DNA from: Escherichia coli
GTDB taxonomy: Bacteria > Pseudomonadota > Gammaproteobacteria > Enterobacterales > Enterobacteriaceae
DNA length: 64,000 nt
Reading direction: 5' to 3' (one strand)
Assembly: GCF_030384885.1 (NCBI RefSeq)
Contig: NZ_CP128613.1
Each line of letters starts with the position of its first letter. Position 1 is the stretch's first letter. This document shows, in pieces, positions 35,086 through 45,111 of the stretch. Made by a program: the position numbers and the translations under genes. Under the pieces are notes generated by a model. That model searched no databases. It was not told where the DNA came from and saw only the letters and a program-made list of their open reading frames with translations.

Positions 35086-36111
35086 TTATAAGAAAGTAAT
35101 TACACCCTTAATCAACTCACGGTTGTTAATCACATCGCGCTCATAGGTTTCTGCCAGCGTGGCGAACGGATAGCGATGGGTTAACATCATGTCGGCAGTG
35201 ATTTTTCCTTCCGCCATCAGTCGACCGACTTTAGCGAAATCTTCCGGCGTGGCGTTGCGGCTGCCCATCATCGTCGTTTCTTTTTTATGGAATTCCGGAT
35301 CGGAGAACTGCAACTCACCTTTAAACAGACCGACAAATACCACCGTGCCGCCGTGACGAATCAGATTTACGGTGTTATTCATCGCATGTTGATTACCTGT
35401 CGCGTCGATCACTTTCTGCGCCAGCGAACCACCAAACTGCGCCCGCAGCTGCGCGTCAAAATCTTCGGCTGACGGGTCCAGCACGGGCAACTCCAGACGC
35501 GTTGCCACATGTTCTCGGCGTGCCGGACTGGTATCCGCCACCACCACCTGTGCGCCATCAGCTTTAGCGATTGCCGCCGCGCCCAGACCGATTGGCCCCG
35601 CCCCGACCACCAGCACCTGCTCGCCGGGAGCAATGGCTGCACGACGCACCGCATGTGCGCTAATAGCGAAAGGTTCAATCAATGCTGCCGCCTGCGGGTC
35701 AATACCGTCTGCGGGCAAAATGTTCGCCACCGGCACGCTCAAATACTCACTAAAACCACCATCCTGATGCACACCAATGACTGAAATTTTTTCACAGCAA
35801 TTGGTTCGACCGCTTTTACATGCCGGGCATTGCTGACAGGCAACATAAGGGATCACAGCAACTTGCTGACCATTTTTAAGATCAGCAATATTTTTACCCA
35901 GCCCAACAATCTCCCCACATATTTCATGGCCTAAAACGCGTGGATAACTAAAAAATGGTTGATTTCCACCCCAGGCATGAATATCGGTACCGCAAATCCC
36001 GACAGACTTAATTTTTATTAATGCTTCATTGTCACCCGGAATAGGTATCTCACGTTGTTTCCAGACTAATTCTTTCGGCTGCTGGCAAATTAAAACATTC
36101 ATCGTAGACAT
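35086..36111 (-). CDS. lgoD: L-galactonate 5-dehydrogenase (zinc-dependent ADH family)
   Basis: GHEICGEI zinc-ADH motif and Rossmann GAGPIGLG; about 340 aa from an internal Met. Confidence 0.88.
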   Translation of the reverse strand: MSTMNVLICQQPKELVWKQREIPIPGDNEALIKIKSVGICGTDIHAWGGNQPFFSYPRVLGHEICGEIVGLGKNIADLKNGQQVAVIPYVACQQCPACKSGRTNCCEKISVIGVHQDGGFSEYLSVPVANILPADGIDPQAAALIEPFAISAHAVRRAAIAPGEQVLVVGAGPIGLGAAAIAKADGAQVVVADTSPARREHVATRLELPVLDPSAEDFDAQLRAQFGGSLAQKVIDATGNQHAMNNTVNLIRHGGTVVFVGLFKGELQFSDPEFHKKETTMMGSRNATPEDFAKVGRLMAEGKITADMMLTHRYPFATLAETYERDVINNRELIKGVITFL

Positions 36112-36249
36112 GATTCGGCTCTCCATTTTTTGTTGCCTTAGATATCAATGAAAATGAAAAATGGCAGCGGAACGGAAAATCTGTTTTGTGAAAACACACG
36201 CATAAAAATGTTTTAAATCGGGTTTTAATGGACTCACAAGGAGGAAAAT

Positions 36250-37164
36250 ATGAGTCGCTCACAAAATTTACGCCACAATGTGATTAACCAGGTCATTGAT
36301 GATATGGCGCGGGGTCACATCCCTTCCCCACTTCCATCGCAAAGTGCGCTGGCGGAAATGTACAACATCAGCCGCACCACAGTGCGCCATATTCTCAGCC
36401 ACTTACGCGAATGCGGCGTCTTGACGCAGGTTGGAAACGACTATGTTATTGCGCGTAAACCTGACCATGATGACGGTTTCGCCTGTACTACCGCTTCAAT
36501 GAGTGAACAAAACAAAGTGTTTGAGCAGGCTTTTTTCACGATGATAAACCAGCGCCAGTTACGCCCAGGGGAAACTTTTTCTGAACTGCAACTGGCTCGG
36601 GCCGCGGGTGTCAGCCCGGTTGTAGTAAGAGAATATCTTTTAAAATTCGGTCGTTATAATCTTATTCAGAGCGAAAAGCGCGGCCAGTGGAGCATGAAGC
36701 AATTCGATCAATCCTACGCCGAGCAGCTGTTTGAGCTACGCGAAATGCTCGAAACTCATTCACTTCAGCACTTTCTCAACCTACCTGATCATGATCCCCG
36801 CTGGCTGCAGGCGAAAACCATGCTCGAACGTCATCGGCTACTGCGTGACAACATCGGCAATAGCTTCCGCATGTTCTCGCAACTTGACAGAGATTTTCAC
36901 TCCTTACTGCTTTCAGCTGCCGATAATATCTTTTTTGATCAATCGCTTGAGATCATCTCAGTCATCTTTCATTTTCACTATCAATGGGACGAAAGCGATC
37001 TTAAACAGCGCAATATCATTGCCGTCGATGAGCATATGACCATTCTCAGCGCTCTGATTTGCCGCAGTGACCTGGATGCCACCCTTGCGCTCCGTAACCA
37101 TTTGAATTCAGCTAAACAATCAATGATTCGATCCATTAATGAGAACACGCGTTATGCTCATTAA
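36250..37164 (+). CDS. lgoR: GntR/FadR-family regulator of L-galactonate catabolism
   Basis: 304-aa ORF with N-terminal GntR-type HTH; synteny. Confidence 0.85.
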   Translation: MSRSQNLRHNVINQVIDDMARGHIPSPLPSQSALAEMYNISRTTVRHILSHLRECGVLTQVGNDYVIARKPDHDDGFACTTASMSEQNKVFEQAFFTMINQRQLRPGETFSELQLARAAGVSPVVVREYLLKFGRYNLIQSEKRGQWSMKQFDQSYAEQLFELREMLETHSLQHFLNLPDHDPRWLQAKTMLERHRLLRDNIGNSFRMFSQLDRDFHSLLLSAADNIFFDQSLEIISVIFHFHYQWDESDLKQRNIIAVDEHMTILSALICRSDLDATLALRNHLNSAKQSMIRSINENTRYAH

Positions 37165-37378
37165 GTACGGATTAAAAACAGCAAACTATTAGCGGGTGCA
37201 CGGTTTTATCAAAAGATAAATACCGGAAAATTCCCGCTTACCTATGCTCACAATCAGTCGACTAAAAATGTTTTTGTGAGCGGTAGTAAAGTCCTAAAAC
37301 TTTTACCTGCCGTTAATGTCAACCTTGCGTAATGCACAATTACGTAAACAATTAAAATTATAAATACAGGAGTCCGGC

Positions 37379-38740
37379 GTGGAAAAAGAAAATATCACCC
37401 TCGATCCGCGTTCTTCATTTACTCCATCTTCGTCGGCAGATATTCCCGTGCCACCAGATGGATTAGTTCAACGCAGTACCCGAATTAAACGCATTCAAAC
37501 CACCGCCATGTTGTTATTATTTTTTGCGGCGGTAATCAATTATCTCGACCGCAGTTCACTGTCGGTAGCAAATTTAACGATTCGTGAAGAATTGGGATTA
37601 AGTGCCACCGAAATCGGCGCTTTGCTCTCCGTGTTTTCACTCGCTTACGGGATTGCGCAACTTCCTTGCGGCCCACTATTGGATCGTAAAGGCCCGCGCC
37701 TGATGCTGGGACTGGGGATGTTCTTCTGGTCACTGTTCCAGGCAATGTCTGGCATGGTGCACAGCTTTACGCAGTTCGTGTTGGTGCGTATAGGTATGGG
37801 GATTGGTGAAGCGCCGATGAACCCATGCGGTGTAAAAGTCATTAACGACTGGTTCAACATCAAAGAGCGCGGACGCCCGATGGGCTTCTTCAACGCAGCT
37901 TCTACCATTGGCGTTGCCGTAAGCCCACCGATTCTGGCGGCGATGATGCTGGTGATGGGCTGGCGCGGGATGTTTATTACCATTGGTGTGTTGGGTATTT
38001 TTCTCGCCATCGGTTGGTATATGCTCTATCGCAACCGCGAGCACGTAGAACTGACTGCCGTTGAACAAGCCTATCTCAATGCCGGTAGCGTCAATGCCCG
38101 CCGTGATCCACTCAGTTTTGCTGAATGGCGCAGCCTGTTCCGTAACCGCACAATGTGGGGAATGATGCTCGGATTCAGTGGCATCAATTACACTGCGTGG
38201 CTGTATCTGGCCTGGCTTCCTGGTTACCTGCAAACAGCCTATAATCTGGATTTAAAAAGCACAGGATTGATGGCGGCTATCCCTTTCCTGTTTGGGGCTG
38301 CCGGGATGCTGGTCAACGGTTACGTTACCGACTGGCTGGTCAAAGGGGGAATGGCTCCGATTAAAAGCCGTAAGATCTGCATTATTGCCGGGATGTTCTG
38401 TTCTGCCGCCTTTACGCTGGTCGTACCGCAAGCGACAACATCCATGACGGCGGTTCTGCTGATTGGCATGGCACTGTTCTGCATTCACTTTGCTGGAACA
38501 TCCTGCTGGGGATTGATCCATGTCGCTGTCGCTTCTCGCATGACTGCATCGGTGGGCAGTATCCAGAACTTTGCCAGCTTCATCTGCGCTTCTTTCGCGC
38601 CGATCATTACTGGTTTTATTGTCGATACCACCCACTCATTCCGTCTGGCGCTAATCATCTGCGGTTGCGTCACCGCGGCGGGTGCACTGGCATACATCTT
38701 CCTGGTTCGTCAGCCGATCAACGACCCACGTAAAGATTAA
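37379..38740 (+). CDS. lgoT: MFS L-galactonate:H+ symporter
   Basis: 453-aa, 12-TM MFS transporter; apparent GTG start. Confidence 0.88.
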   Translation: MEKENITLDPRSSFTPSSSADIPVPPDGLVQRSTRIKRIQTTAMLLLFFAAVINYLDRSSLSVANLTIREELGLSATEIGALLSVFSLAYGIAQLPCGPLLDRKGPRLMLGLGMFFWSLFQAMSGMVHSFTQFVLVRIGMGIGEAPMNPCGVKVINDWFNIKERGRPMGFFNAASTIGVAVSPPILAAMMLVMGWRGMFITIGVLGIFLAIGWYMLYRNREHVELTAVEQAYLNAGSVNARRDPLSFAEWRSLFRNRTMWGMMLGFSGINYTAWLYLAWLPGYLQTAYNLDLKSTGLMAAIPFLFGAAGMLVNGYVTDWLVKGGMAPIKSRKICIIAGMFCSAAFTLVVPQATTSMTAVLLIGMALFCIHFAGTSCWGLIHVAVASRMTASVGSIQNFASFICASFAPIITGFIVDTTHSFRLALIICGCVTAAGALAYIFLVRQPINDPRKD

Positions 38741-38747
38741 TTTCCCT

Positions 38748-38781
38748 ATGCCCGATAACATTTTGCTTATCGGGCATTTTA
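38748..38781. terminator. Hairpin terminator between convergent lgoT and tsr
   Basis: ATGCCCGATAA...TTATCGGGCAT inverted repeat followed by TTTT. Confidence 0.6.
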
Positions 38782-38787
38782 TGGCGA

Positions 38788-40443
38788 TTAAAACGTTTCC
38801 CAGTTCTCTCCGCTATCTGCCACGGCCATTTTACGCGGCGCAGCTGGCGTCACGGTTTTTACCACAGCCGATGTTTCACGCTGCTGTTGCTGAATCCGGA
38901 ACACTGCCACAGCTTCGGTCAGGCGACTGGCCTGCTCTTCCAGCGCGGCGGCGGCAGCGGCAGATTCTTCCACCAGCGCAGCGTTCTGTTGAGTTACCCG
39001 GTCCATCTCAGCAACCGCTAAGCCAACCTGATCGATACCACGGCTCTGCTCATCAGAAGCCGAAGCAATTTCGCCCATAATGTCCGTCACGCGGGTCACA
39101 GCGCTGACAATCTCTGCCATGGTTTCCCCGGCGCTTTCGACCAGCGTAGAGCCAACATCCACTTTGCCCACCGAGTCTTCAATCAGGCTTTTAATTTCGC
39201 GAGCCGCCTGAGCGCTACGCTGGGCCAGATTACGCACTTCTCCCGCAACCACCGCAAAACCGCGCCCTTGCTCACCCGCACGCGCTGCTTCAACCGCCGC
39301 GTTCAAAGCCAGAATATTGGTCTGGAAGGCAATGCCGTCAATTACGCTGATAATATCGGCGATTTTCTGCGAGCTGGTGGAGATATCGCGCATGGTCTGC
39401 ACCACGTTATCCACCACTTTGCCGCCACGTTGCGCCGTTTCGGAAGCACTTAACGCCAGGTGGCTGGCCTGACGCGCATTTTCGGCGTTCTGCTTCACCG
39501 TTGCGGTCAGTTGCTCCATGCTGGCTGCCGTCTCTTCCAGCGAAGCGGCCTGTTGCTCGGTGCGCGAAGAAAGATCGTTATTGCCGGTGGCGATTTCGCT
39601 GGCACCGCTATAGATAGCATTGGCCCCGTTGCGCACATCACCGACGGTACGCATCAGCTCTCCCTGCATATGGCGCAAACTCTCTGCCAGTTGCCCCATC
39701 TCATTAGAACCATCCACCTCAATCGGTTTCACCAGATCGCCACCTGCAATATGACGAATGCTGTCAATCAGGCGATTCATTGGCGCTACCAACGAGGCTT
39801 TAATACCGAACCAGACGGCGAAGATGACTGCCAGTACGACGATCATCACGCCCACCAGAATCCACATCGCCTGGCTGTAGGAGGCATTGTTATCGCTGAC
39901 AGCGATATCATAGAGCCGATCGTTTTGCTCCATGTAAGCCACATACTGCTTCTCGAAACCGTCCTGATATCCCTGAGTCGGCTGATCAAAGAATTCGTTG
40001 ATTTTGCCTGCACCTAACAGTTGGATCAGTTCCGCCAGCGCATTGTGATAAATATCGTAATTACGTTTGATCTCTGCCGCTGCGGCGGTGCTCTGACGCG
40101 GGTCACGCGGCAATGCTTCGTAATCCGCCCAGTTTTTTTCCGCCTGTTTCAGCGAAATACTGGCACTCTGCATCAGCTCGGCAACGGTTGAACCGCTACC
40201 AATATTGTTCTGATCCATCATGTAGCGGATACCTGCGCGGTTGAGGGTGTTACGCGTCTGCAACAACGCGACCCAGCTGCCATTCAGCGTGGATTGCTGT
40301 TGGCGAATGGTTTGTAAAACAGTGAAATTTTCTTTGTCATTCTTTAAGGCATTAAAGAACAGACCGCCTGATGTCAGTTGTAAAAGGCCAAAAACGGCCA
40401 AAACCAGCAGTAAGCTGGTCACGATCTTGATACGTTTTAACAT
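38788..40443 (-). CDS. tsr: Serine chemoreceptor Tsr (methyl-accepting chemotaxis protein I)
   Basis: 551 aa from [22 protein letters not shown]...; HAMP and methyl-accepting domains; C-terminal NWETF pentapeptide. Confidence 0.95.
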   Translation of the reverse strand: MLKRIKIVTSLLLVLAVFGLLQLTSGGLFFNALKNDKENFTVLQTIRQQQSTLNGSWVALLQTRNTLNRAGIRYMMDQNNIGSGSTVAELMQSASISLKQAEKNWADYEALPRDPRQSTAAAAEIKRNYDIYHNALAELIQLLGAGKINEFFDQPTQGYQDGFEKQYVAYMEQNDRLYDIAVSDNNASYSQAMWILVGVMIVVLAVIFAVWFGIKASLVAPMNRLIDSIRHIAGGDLVKPIEVDGSNEMGQLAESLRHMQGELMRTVGDVRNGANAIYSGASEIATGNNDLSSRTEQQAASLEETAASMEQLTATVKQNAENARQASHLALSASETAQRGGKVVDNVVQTMRDISTSSQKIADIISVIDGIAFQTNILALNAAVEAARAGEQGRGFAVVAGEVRNLAQRSAQAAREIKSLIEDSVGKVDVGSTLVESAGETMAEIVSAVTRVTDIMGEIASASDEQSRGIDQVGLAVAEMDRVTQQNAALVEESAAAAAALEEQASRLTEAVAVFRIQQQQRETSAVVKTVTPAAPRKMAVADSGENWETF

Positions 40444-40582
40444 GGTTTCTCTTTCCACTAGACAGATACACTGGTTGTCGGCCTGGTGGTGGAAAACTTT
40501 ATGCTGTGGAAAAGCGTCGGCACTGCTTTTGTTGCAGCAAACTTGCGTTTTTTGTGAGGGTCACACTCTATAGCGGCAGTTT

Positions 40583-41488
40583 ATGGTACAAAGTATCAAT
40601 CTTCTTCGAACCAGTGATACTCCTATGGCTTATAGCATCGATATCATCTCCTGCATTACCGAACGATTTATGGCGTTAACAGCCACTGAAAAGCGTATCG
40701 CACAATTTATTCTTGATGATGTCCCCGCCGCGGTGGAACTGCCAATTGCTGAGCTGGCACGGTTAACGCAAACCAGTCAGGCGTCGGTGACGCGTTTTGC
40801 CCGTGCTCTGGGGTGTAAAGATGTCCGCGAGCTGAAAGTCAAACTGGCGCAGTCACTGGCTATCGGGCAGCGGTTTATTCTCGATGTACCGGATCTTGAC
40901 GGTGTTCAGGGGATCTACGAAGCGATTATTAGCGTGCTGGAAACGCATCGTCGTTCGCTGGATATGAATGCCATCAGCCAGGCGGTAAGCTGGTTAAGTC
41001 AGGCGCGGCAAATTCTTGCATTGGGAACTGGCGGCGGTTCCACCATCTGTTCACAGGAGATTCAGTACCGTTTATTCCGTCTGGGGCTACCTGTGGTTAG
41101 TCAGAATGATGCCCTGATGATGAGAATGATGTGCTCGGCAGTGATGCCGCAGGATGTGGTGATTGTGCTGTCGCTGGGCGGTTATACACCGGAAATCATC
41201 GAAAGTGCGGCAATCGCCCGTCAGTATGGCGCGCGTGTTATTGCCATTACGCCAGCACAAACACCGCTGGCGGAACAGGTGGATCTGGTATTGCCGTTAC
41301 TGGTTCAGGAAAGTGATTACATCTTTAAGCCCACCCCTTCCCGCTACGCGGTGTTAGCCATGGTCGATGTACTGGCAACAGAACTGGCAATGGCAAATAA
41401 AGCGCAGGCGAAAGATCGCCTGCGGCGGATAAAACTGGTGTTAGACAGCCACCGTGGGGGCGCTAACCGCCAGCCACTTGGCGATTAG
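40583..41488 (+). CDS. RpiR/MurR-family transcriptional regulator (HTH plus SIS sugar-phosphate-binding domain)
   Basis: N-terminal HTH (EKRIAQFILDD...ELARLTQTSQASVTRFARALG) and C-terminal SIS-like region; true start may be the Met at 40625. Absent between tsr and btsT in my recollection of K-12. Confidence 0.75.
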   Translation: MVQSINLLRTSDTPMAYSIDIISCITERFMALTATEKRIAQFILDDVPAAVELPIAELARLTQTSQASVTRFARALGCKDVRELKVKLAQSLAIGQRFILDVPDLDGVQGIYEAIISVLETHRRSLDMNAISQAVSWLSQARQILALGTGGGSTICSQEIQYRLFRLGLPVVSQNDALMMRMMCSAVMPQDVVIVLSLGGYTPEIIESAAIARQYGARVIAITPAQTPLAEQVDLVLPLLVQESDYIFKPTPSRYAVLAMVDVLATELAMANKAQAKDRLRRIKLVLDSHRGGANRQPLGD

Positions 41489-41497
41489 CATTGTCGG

Positions 41498-42967
41498 TTA
41501 TGCTTCTTCAGGTTTGGTGATCACGACACTCTGGTTTTCACGCTCATTGGTGATAATAGCCAGAGCTTCTTCCCGGCTGACCTGACTTGCTGGCGTTACC
41601 AGCGTCACCACTACGCCAGCGAACAGGCTGCCCAGCACTGACGGAATACACGGGTTACCCCAGTAAGCCAGCCAGTCGGCATTCATCAGCACCACAATGG
41701 ACATCACCATACCGCTCACTAACGCCGCCAGCGCGCCCTGCCAGTTAAAGCGTAGCCAGAAGCGACCGAGAATCGAGCAGATAAACAGCCCGGACATCAG
41801 CATCGAAATCATTTTGGTAATGTAGCTGATGATGTCATTAGAGGTCAGAGCAAAGACCAGCGCCAGGCCAATAACAAAGGTCAACATACAGCGTGAGTAA
41901 GTAATGGCCTTGTCCTCCGGCGGCATTCTGCCGGTAATCATGGTGTAGACGTCGCGCATCATAATCGCCACCGCCGCGATGGCATCGGAGCTGGCGGAAG
42001 ACATGGTGGCTGAAAGCCCGGCAATCAGCACCACCAGCCCAAGAATGGCAGGTAAGAAACTGGTCGCGAACAAGAAGGCGTAGTTGCTGTTTTCCAGATT
42101 TGGGTTCATGGTGAACGCCGCCATGCCGATAATGGCAGGCAGAATCGAGAAGAACAGATACAACACGCCAGTAATAACAAATGAACGCCGTACAGAGGGA
42201 ACGTCTTTTCCCGAGTAAATACGCTGGCGATAAGATGGTGTGGCCAGTACGCCGACACCAATAACCAGCGCCAGCGAAAGCGCAGGCAGCACGCCCATTT
42301 TATCAATCGCAAACAGGCTCATCGCTTTTGGGTCCATCGCCTGTTCAATCGCACTCCAGCCACCAACGTGAACAACGGCAAGAATAGCCATTAATATAAA
42401 GCCAAAGAACAGAATTAGGGCCTGAATAGTATCTGTCCACACTACCGCCGAATAACCGCCGATAATAACGTAAATCGCAAAAGCTAAGGCAATAATTAAT
42501 TTTGCCACCGTAAGATCAATACCTGTTGCCCAGGCAAGATACATACTTCCACCTAATATATGCGCCCCCAGCCAGCCAATAGAGGCAATAAATATCATCA
42601 GGCCGACAATATTTTTAATTAAATGGCTGCCGCCAGTATAATAAGATATTTCTTCACTCATGGTCATAAAACGTAATTTACGTACCGGTGCAAACAGCCA
42701 CGCCACCAGTAATATACCTACGGCCCCACCGACGCCATAAAGCATTCCGGCCCAGCCATTGCTGTAGCCAAAGCCCACTGCGCCCATACTGGAACCCGTG
42801 CCAACCATCGTGGCAACGGTTGACCCCAGCGTCAGAAACAGCGGCAGCGAACGCCCGCCCAGCAGAAAATCTTCTCCGCTTTTCTGATTACGAGAAACAA
42901 ACCAACCAAGCCAAATCATGGCGATGGCATAAATAATAAAGCCGACTAAAAAGATATGACTGTTCAT
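41498..42967 (-). CDS. Sodium:solute symporter family transporter
   Basis: 489-aa polytopic membrane protein with SSS-like N-terminal region (GGRSLPLFLTLGSTVATMVGTGSSMGAVGFGY...). Confidence 0.75.
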   Translation of the reverse strand: MNSHIFLVGFIIYAIAMIWLGWFVSRNQKSGEDFLLGGRSLPLFLTLGSTVATMVGTGSSMGAVGFGYSNGWAGMLYGVGGAVGILLVAWLFAPVRKLRFMTMSEEISYYTGGSHLIKNIVGLMIFIASIGWLGAHILGGSMYLAWATGIDLTVAKLIIALAFAIYVIIGGYSAVVWTDTIQALILFFGFILMAILAVVHVGGWSAIEQAMDPKAMSLFAIDKMGVLPALSLALVIGVGVLATPSYRQRIYSGKDVPSVRRSFVITGVLYLFFSILPAIIGMAAFTMNPNLENSNYAFLFATSFLPAILGLVVLIAGLSATMSSASSDAIAAVAIMMRDVYTMITGRMPPEDKAITYSRCMLTFVIGLALVFALTSNDIISYITKMISMLMSGLFICSILGRFWLRFNWQGALAALVSGMVMSIVVLMNADWLAYWGNPCIPSVLGSLFAGVVVTLVTPASQVSREEALAIITNERENQSVVITKPEEA

Positions 42968-43069
42968 AATTCACATCCTGCCAGTAGAGAGAGAATAATG
43001 TAAGAGTTCCCGGAGTGCTGAATGTATTCAGCACTCAATTGCGGTCTGTTTTTTTAATTCTTAAATTTA

Positions 43070-43465
43070 TTAGCGGGTCGCGTTATAACAGGTCACATCG
43101 ACTTCGACTTTACAATCGACAACCAGATCAGCCACACAACAAATACGTGCAGGCGGATTCTCGCCAAAAAATTCTCTGAATACTTTATTAAATGACTGGA
43201 AATAGCGGGCGTCGGTCAGGATCACTTTCACGTGAACCACATCCGCCAGGCTATAACCGGTTTCAGTCATGATGTCGACACAGTTTTGGATCGCCAGTCG
43301 TGACTGTTCAACGATTCCGCCTTCTATCACTTCACCGTTTTTCATGGGTGTTTGCCCGGAGACGTACAGCCAGCCGCCCGCCTCAACCGCCCTGGCAAAA
43401 GGCAAATGCTGCCCGCCAGTGCCTGTTCCACCTTCCGTACCGTAACGTTTAATGCTCATATTCAC
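43070..43465 (-). CDS. RidA/YjgF-family reactive-intermediate (enamine/imine) deaminase
   Basis: About 130 aa with RidA-like fold signature (...ARICCVADLV...); directly downstream of the aminoacylase gene. Confidence 0.7.
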   Translation of the reverse strand: MNMSIKRYGTEGGTGTGGQHLPFARAVEAGGWLYVSGQTPMKNGEVIEGGIVEQSRLAIQNCVDIMTETGYSLADVVHVKVILTDARYFQSFNKVFREFFGENPPARICCVADLVVDCKVEVDVTCYNATR

Positions 43466-43468
43466 TCC

Positions 43469-44920
43469 TTAATGTGAGGTCTGCCGGCGCAGGAAGCGTC
43501 CCGCACGGCCTGTAATATGTTTATCGCGACCATAGCTCATAACGCCGTTCACCATCACCGCCTCAATGCCATCTGCCGGGCGTTTGGGATCAGAAAAGCT
43601 GGCAACATCACGAATGGTTTGTGGATCGAACAACACCAGGTCCGCAAAATAGCCAACTTTCACCAGTCCACGCTGGGGCAGGCGAAAACGGCTGGCAGAA
43701 AGCCCGGTCATTTTGTGGATAGCCGTGGTCAGTGGGAATAAGCCTTCATCACGGCAATAGTGGCCCAGCACACGAGGGAAGGCGCCCCATAAACGTGGAT
43801 GCGGCATGGGATCATTGGGCAGGCCGTCAGAGCCAATCATACTGACCGGATAACTCAACACTCGGCGGACGTCGCGCTCGTCCATGTTGTAATAGATAGC
43901 CCCGGCAGGCATTAGCAGCTTCGCGGCCTCCAGCATACTCATCTGCCAGTCGATGGCGATTTGCGCCAGTGTTTTTCCGGCCTGCTGCGGATGTGTTTGT
44001 GACCAGGTGATCACAATATCGAATTCGTCGGTGACTTGTTTGAGATCCAGCGTTGATGAACTGGCTGAGTAAGGGTAGACATCGCAGCCAATTTCCTGGT
44101 GTTGACGCATTTGGTCAAAAAAAGCCAACGTTTCTTTTGTCCGCCCCCAGTTTTTCGCCCCGGCGCATTTATGGTGGGAAACCACGACAGGCACTTTGCC
44201 ATGACGCCCAATACGAAACGCCTCATCCAGGGCATCGAGAATCGGTTCAAATTCAGAACGCAGATGGGTGGTATAAACGCCCTTCTCACCGGCTAATTCT
44301 TCCGCCAGCGCCATGACTTCTTCGGTAGTCGCCTGAAATGCTGTGGCATAGGCCAGCCCGGAACTTAACCCCAGCGCCCCCTGACTCAACGCCAGACGTA
44401 AGTCGGCACGCATAGCGGCAATTTCATCCACCGTCGCCGGGCGAAACAGGTCGTCCATATGGTTATTACGCAGCGCCGTATGACCAATCAGCGTGCCAAC
44501 GTTCAGTGACGGCCTGGCTGCTTCCACTGCCTGGGCATAGCTTTCAACGGTAGGATAAATAAAGTGCTCTGCTTCCCCCAGCAGATTCATCGGGTCAGGA
44601 ACTTCGCCTTTCATTTTCGCCGACGCCGCACTGATCCCGCAGTTACCGACAATCACCGTGGTGATCCCCTGGCTGATCTTTGGCAGATATTCCGGGATGC
44701 GAATAACGTTGATATCGTCATGGGTATGAACGTCGATAAACCCTGGTGCCAGCACCCGCCCTTCCCCGTCAATGACCTGCTGCGCCGTAACGTTAAGCGC
44801 AGGGGCAATATCGACAATCCGATCACCTGTTATTGCCACGTCACCGCGAAATTCAGGGCCGCCGCTACCGTCGATAACGGTCACATTTTTGATTAACCAG
44901 TCAACCTGCATGTTCGTCAC
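43469..44920 (-). CDS. N-acyl-D-amino-acid deacylase (D-aminoacylase), amidohydrolase superfamily
   Basis: 483-aa ORF with metal-binding HxH near the N-terminus (GFIDVHTHDD) and D-aminoacylase-like architecture. Confidence 0.7.
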   Translation of the reverse strand: MTNMQVDWLIKNVTVIDGSGGPEFRGDVAITGDRIVDIAPALNVTAQQVIDGEGRVLAPGFIDVHTHDDINVIRIPEYLPKISQGITTVIVGNCGISAASAKMKGEVPDPMNLLGEAEHFIYPTVESYAQAVEAARPSLNVGTLIGHTALRNNHMDDLFRPATVDEIAAMRADLRLALSQGALGLSSGLAYATAFQATTEEVMALAEELAGEKGVYTTHLRSEFEPILDALDEAFRIGRHGKVPVVVSHHKCAGAKNWGRTKETLAFFDQMRQHQEIGCDVYPYSASSSTLDLKQVTDEFDIVITWSQTHPQQAGKTLAQIAIDWQMSMLEAAKLLMPAGAIYYNMDERDVRRVLSYPVSMIGSDGLPNDPMPHPRLWGAFPRVLGHYCRDEGLFPLTTAIHKMTGLSASRFRLPQRGLVKVGYFADLVLFDPQTIRDVASFSDPKRPADGIEAVMVNGVMSYGRDKHITGRAGRFLRRQTSH

Positions 44921-45111
44921 TCCATTTCTGCAATGGTGACAAGTTAACCATTTACAAGGACGAAAAACAGTGGAAAACTACGCAAAACCCAGATGATTTT
45001 CTGATACTTTTATTCATAAATCATAAGATAAATAAACTAAATATTTATATTTCATTTAGTTACAAATGATACTCATATCCGATACGGTGAAAAACTTAAA
45101 AGGTGAATGTT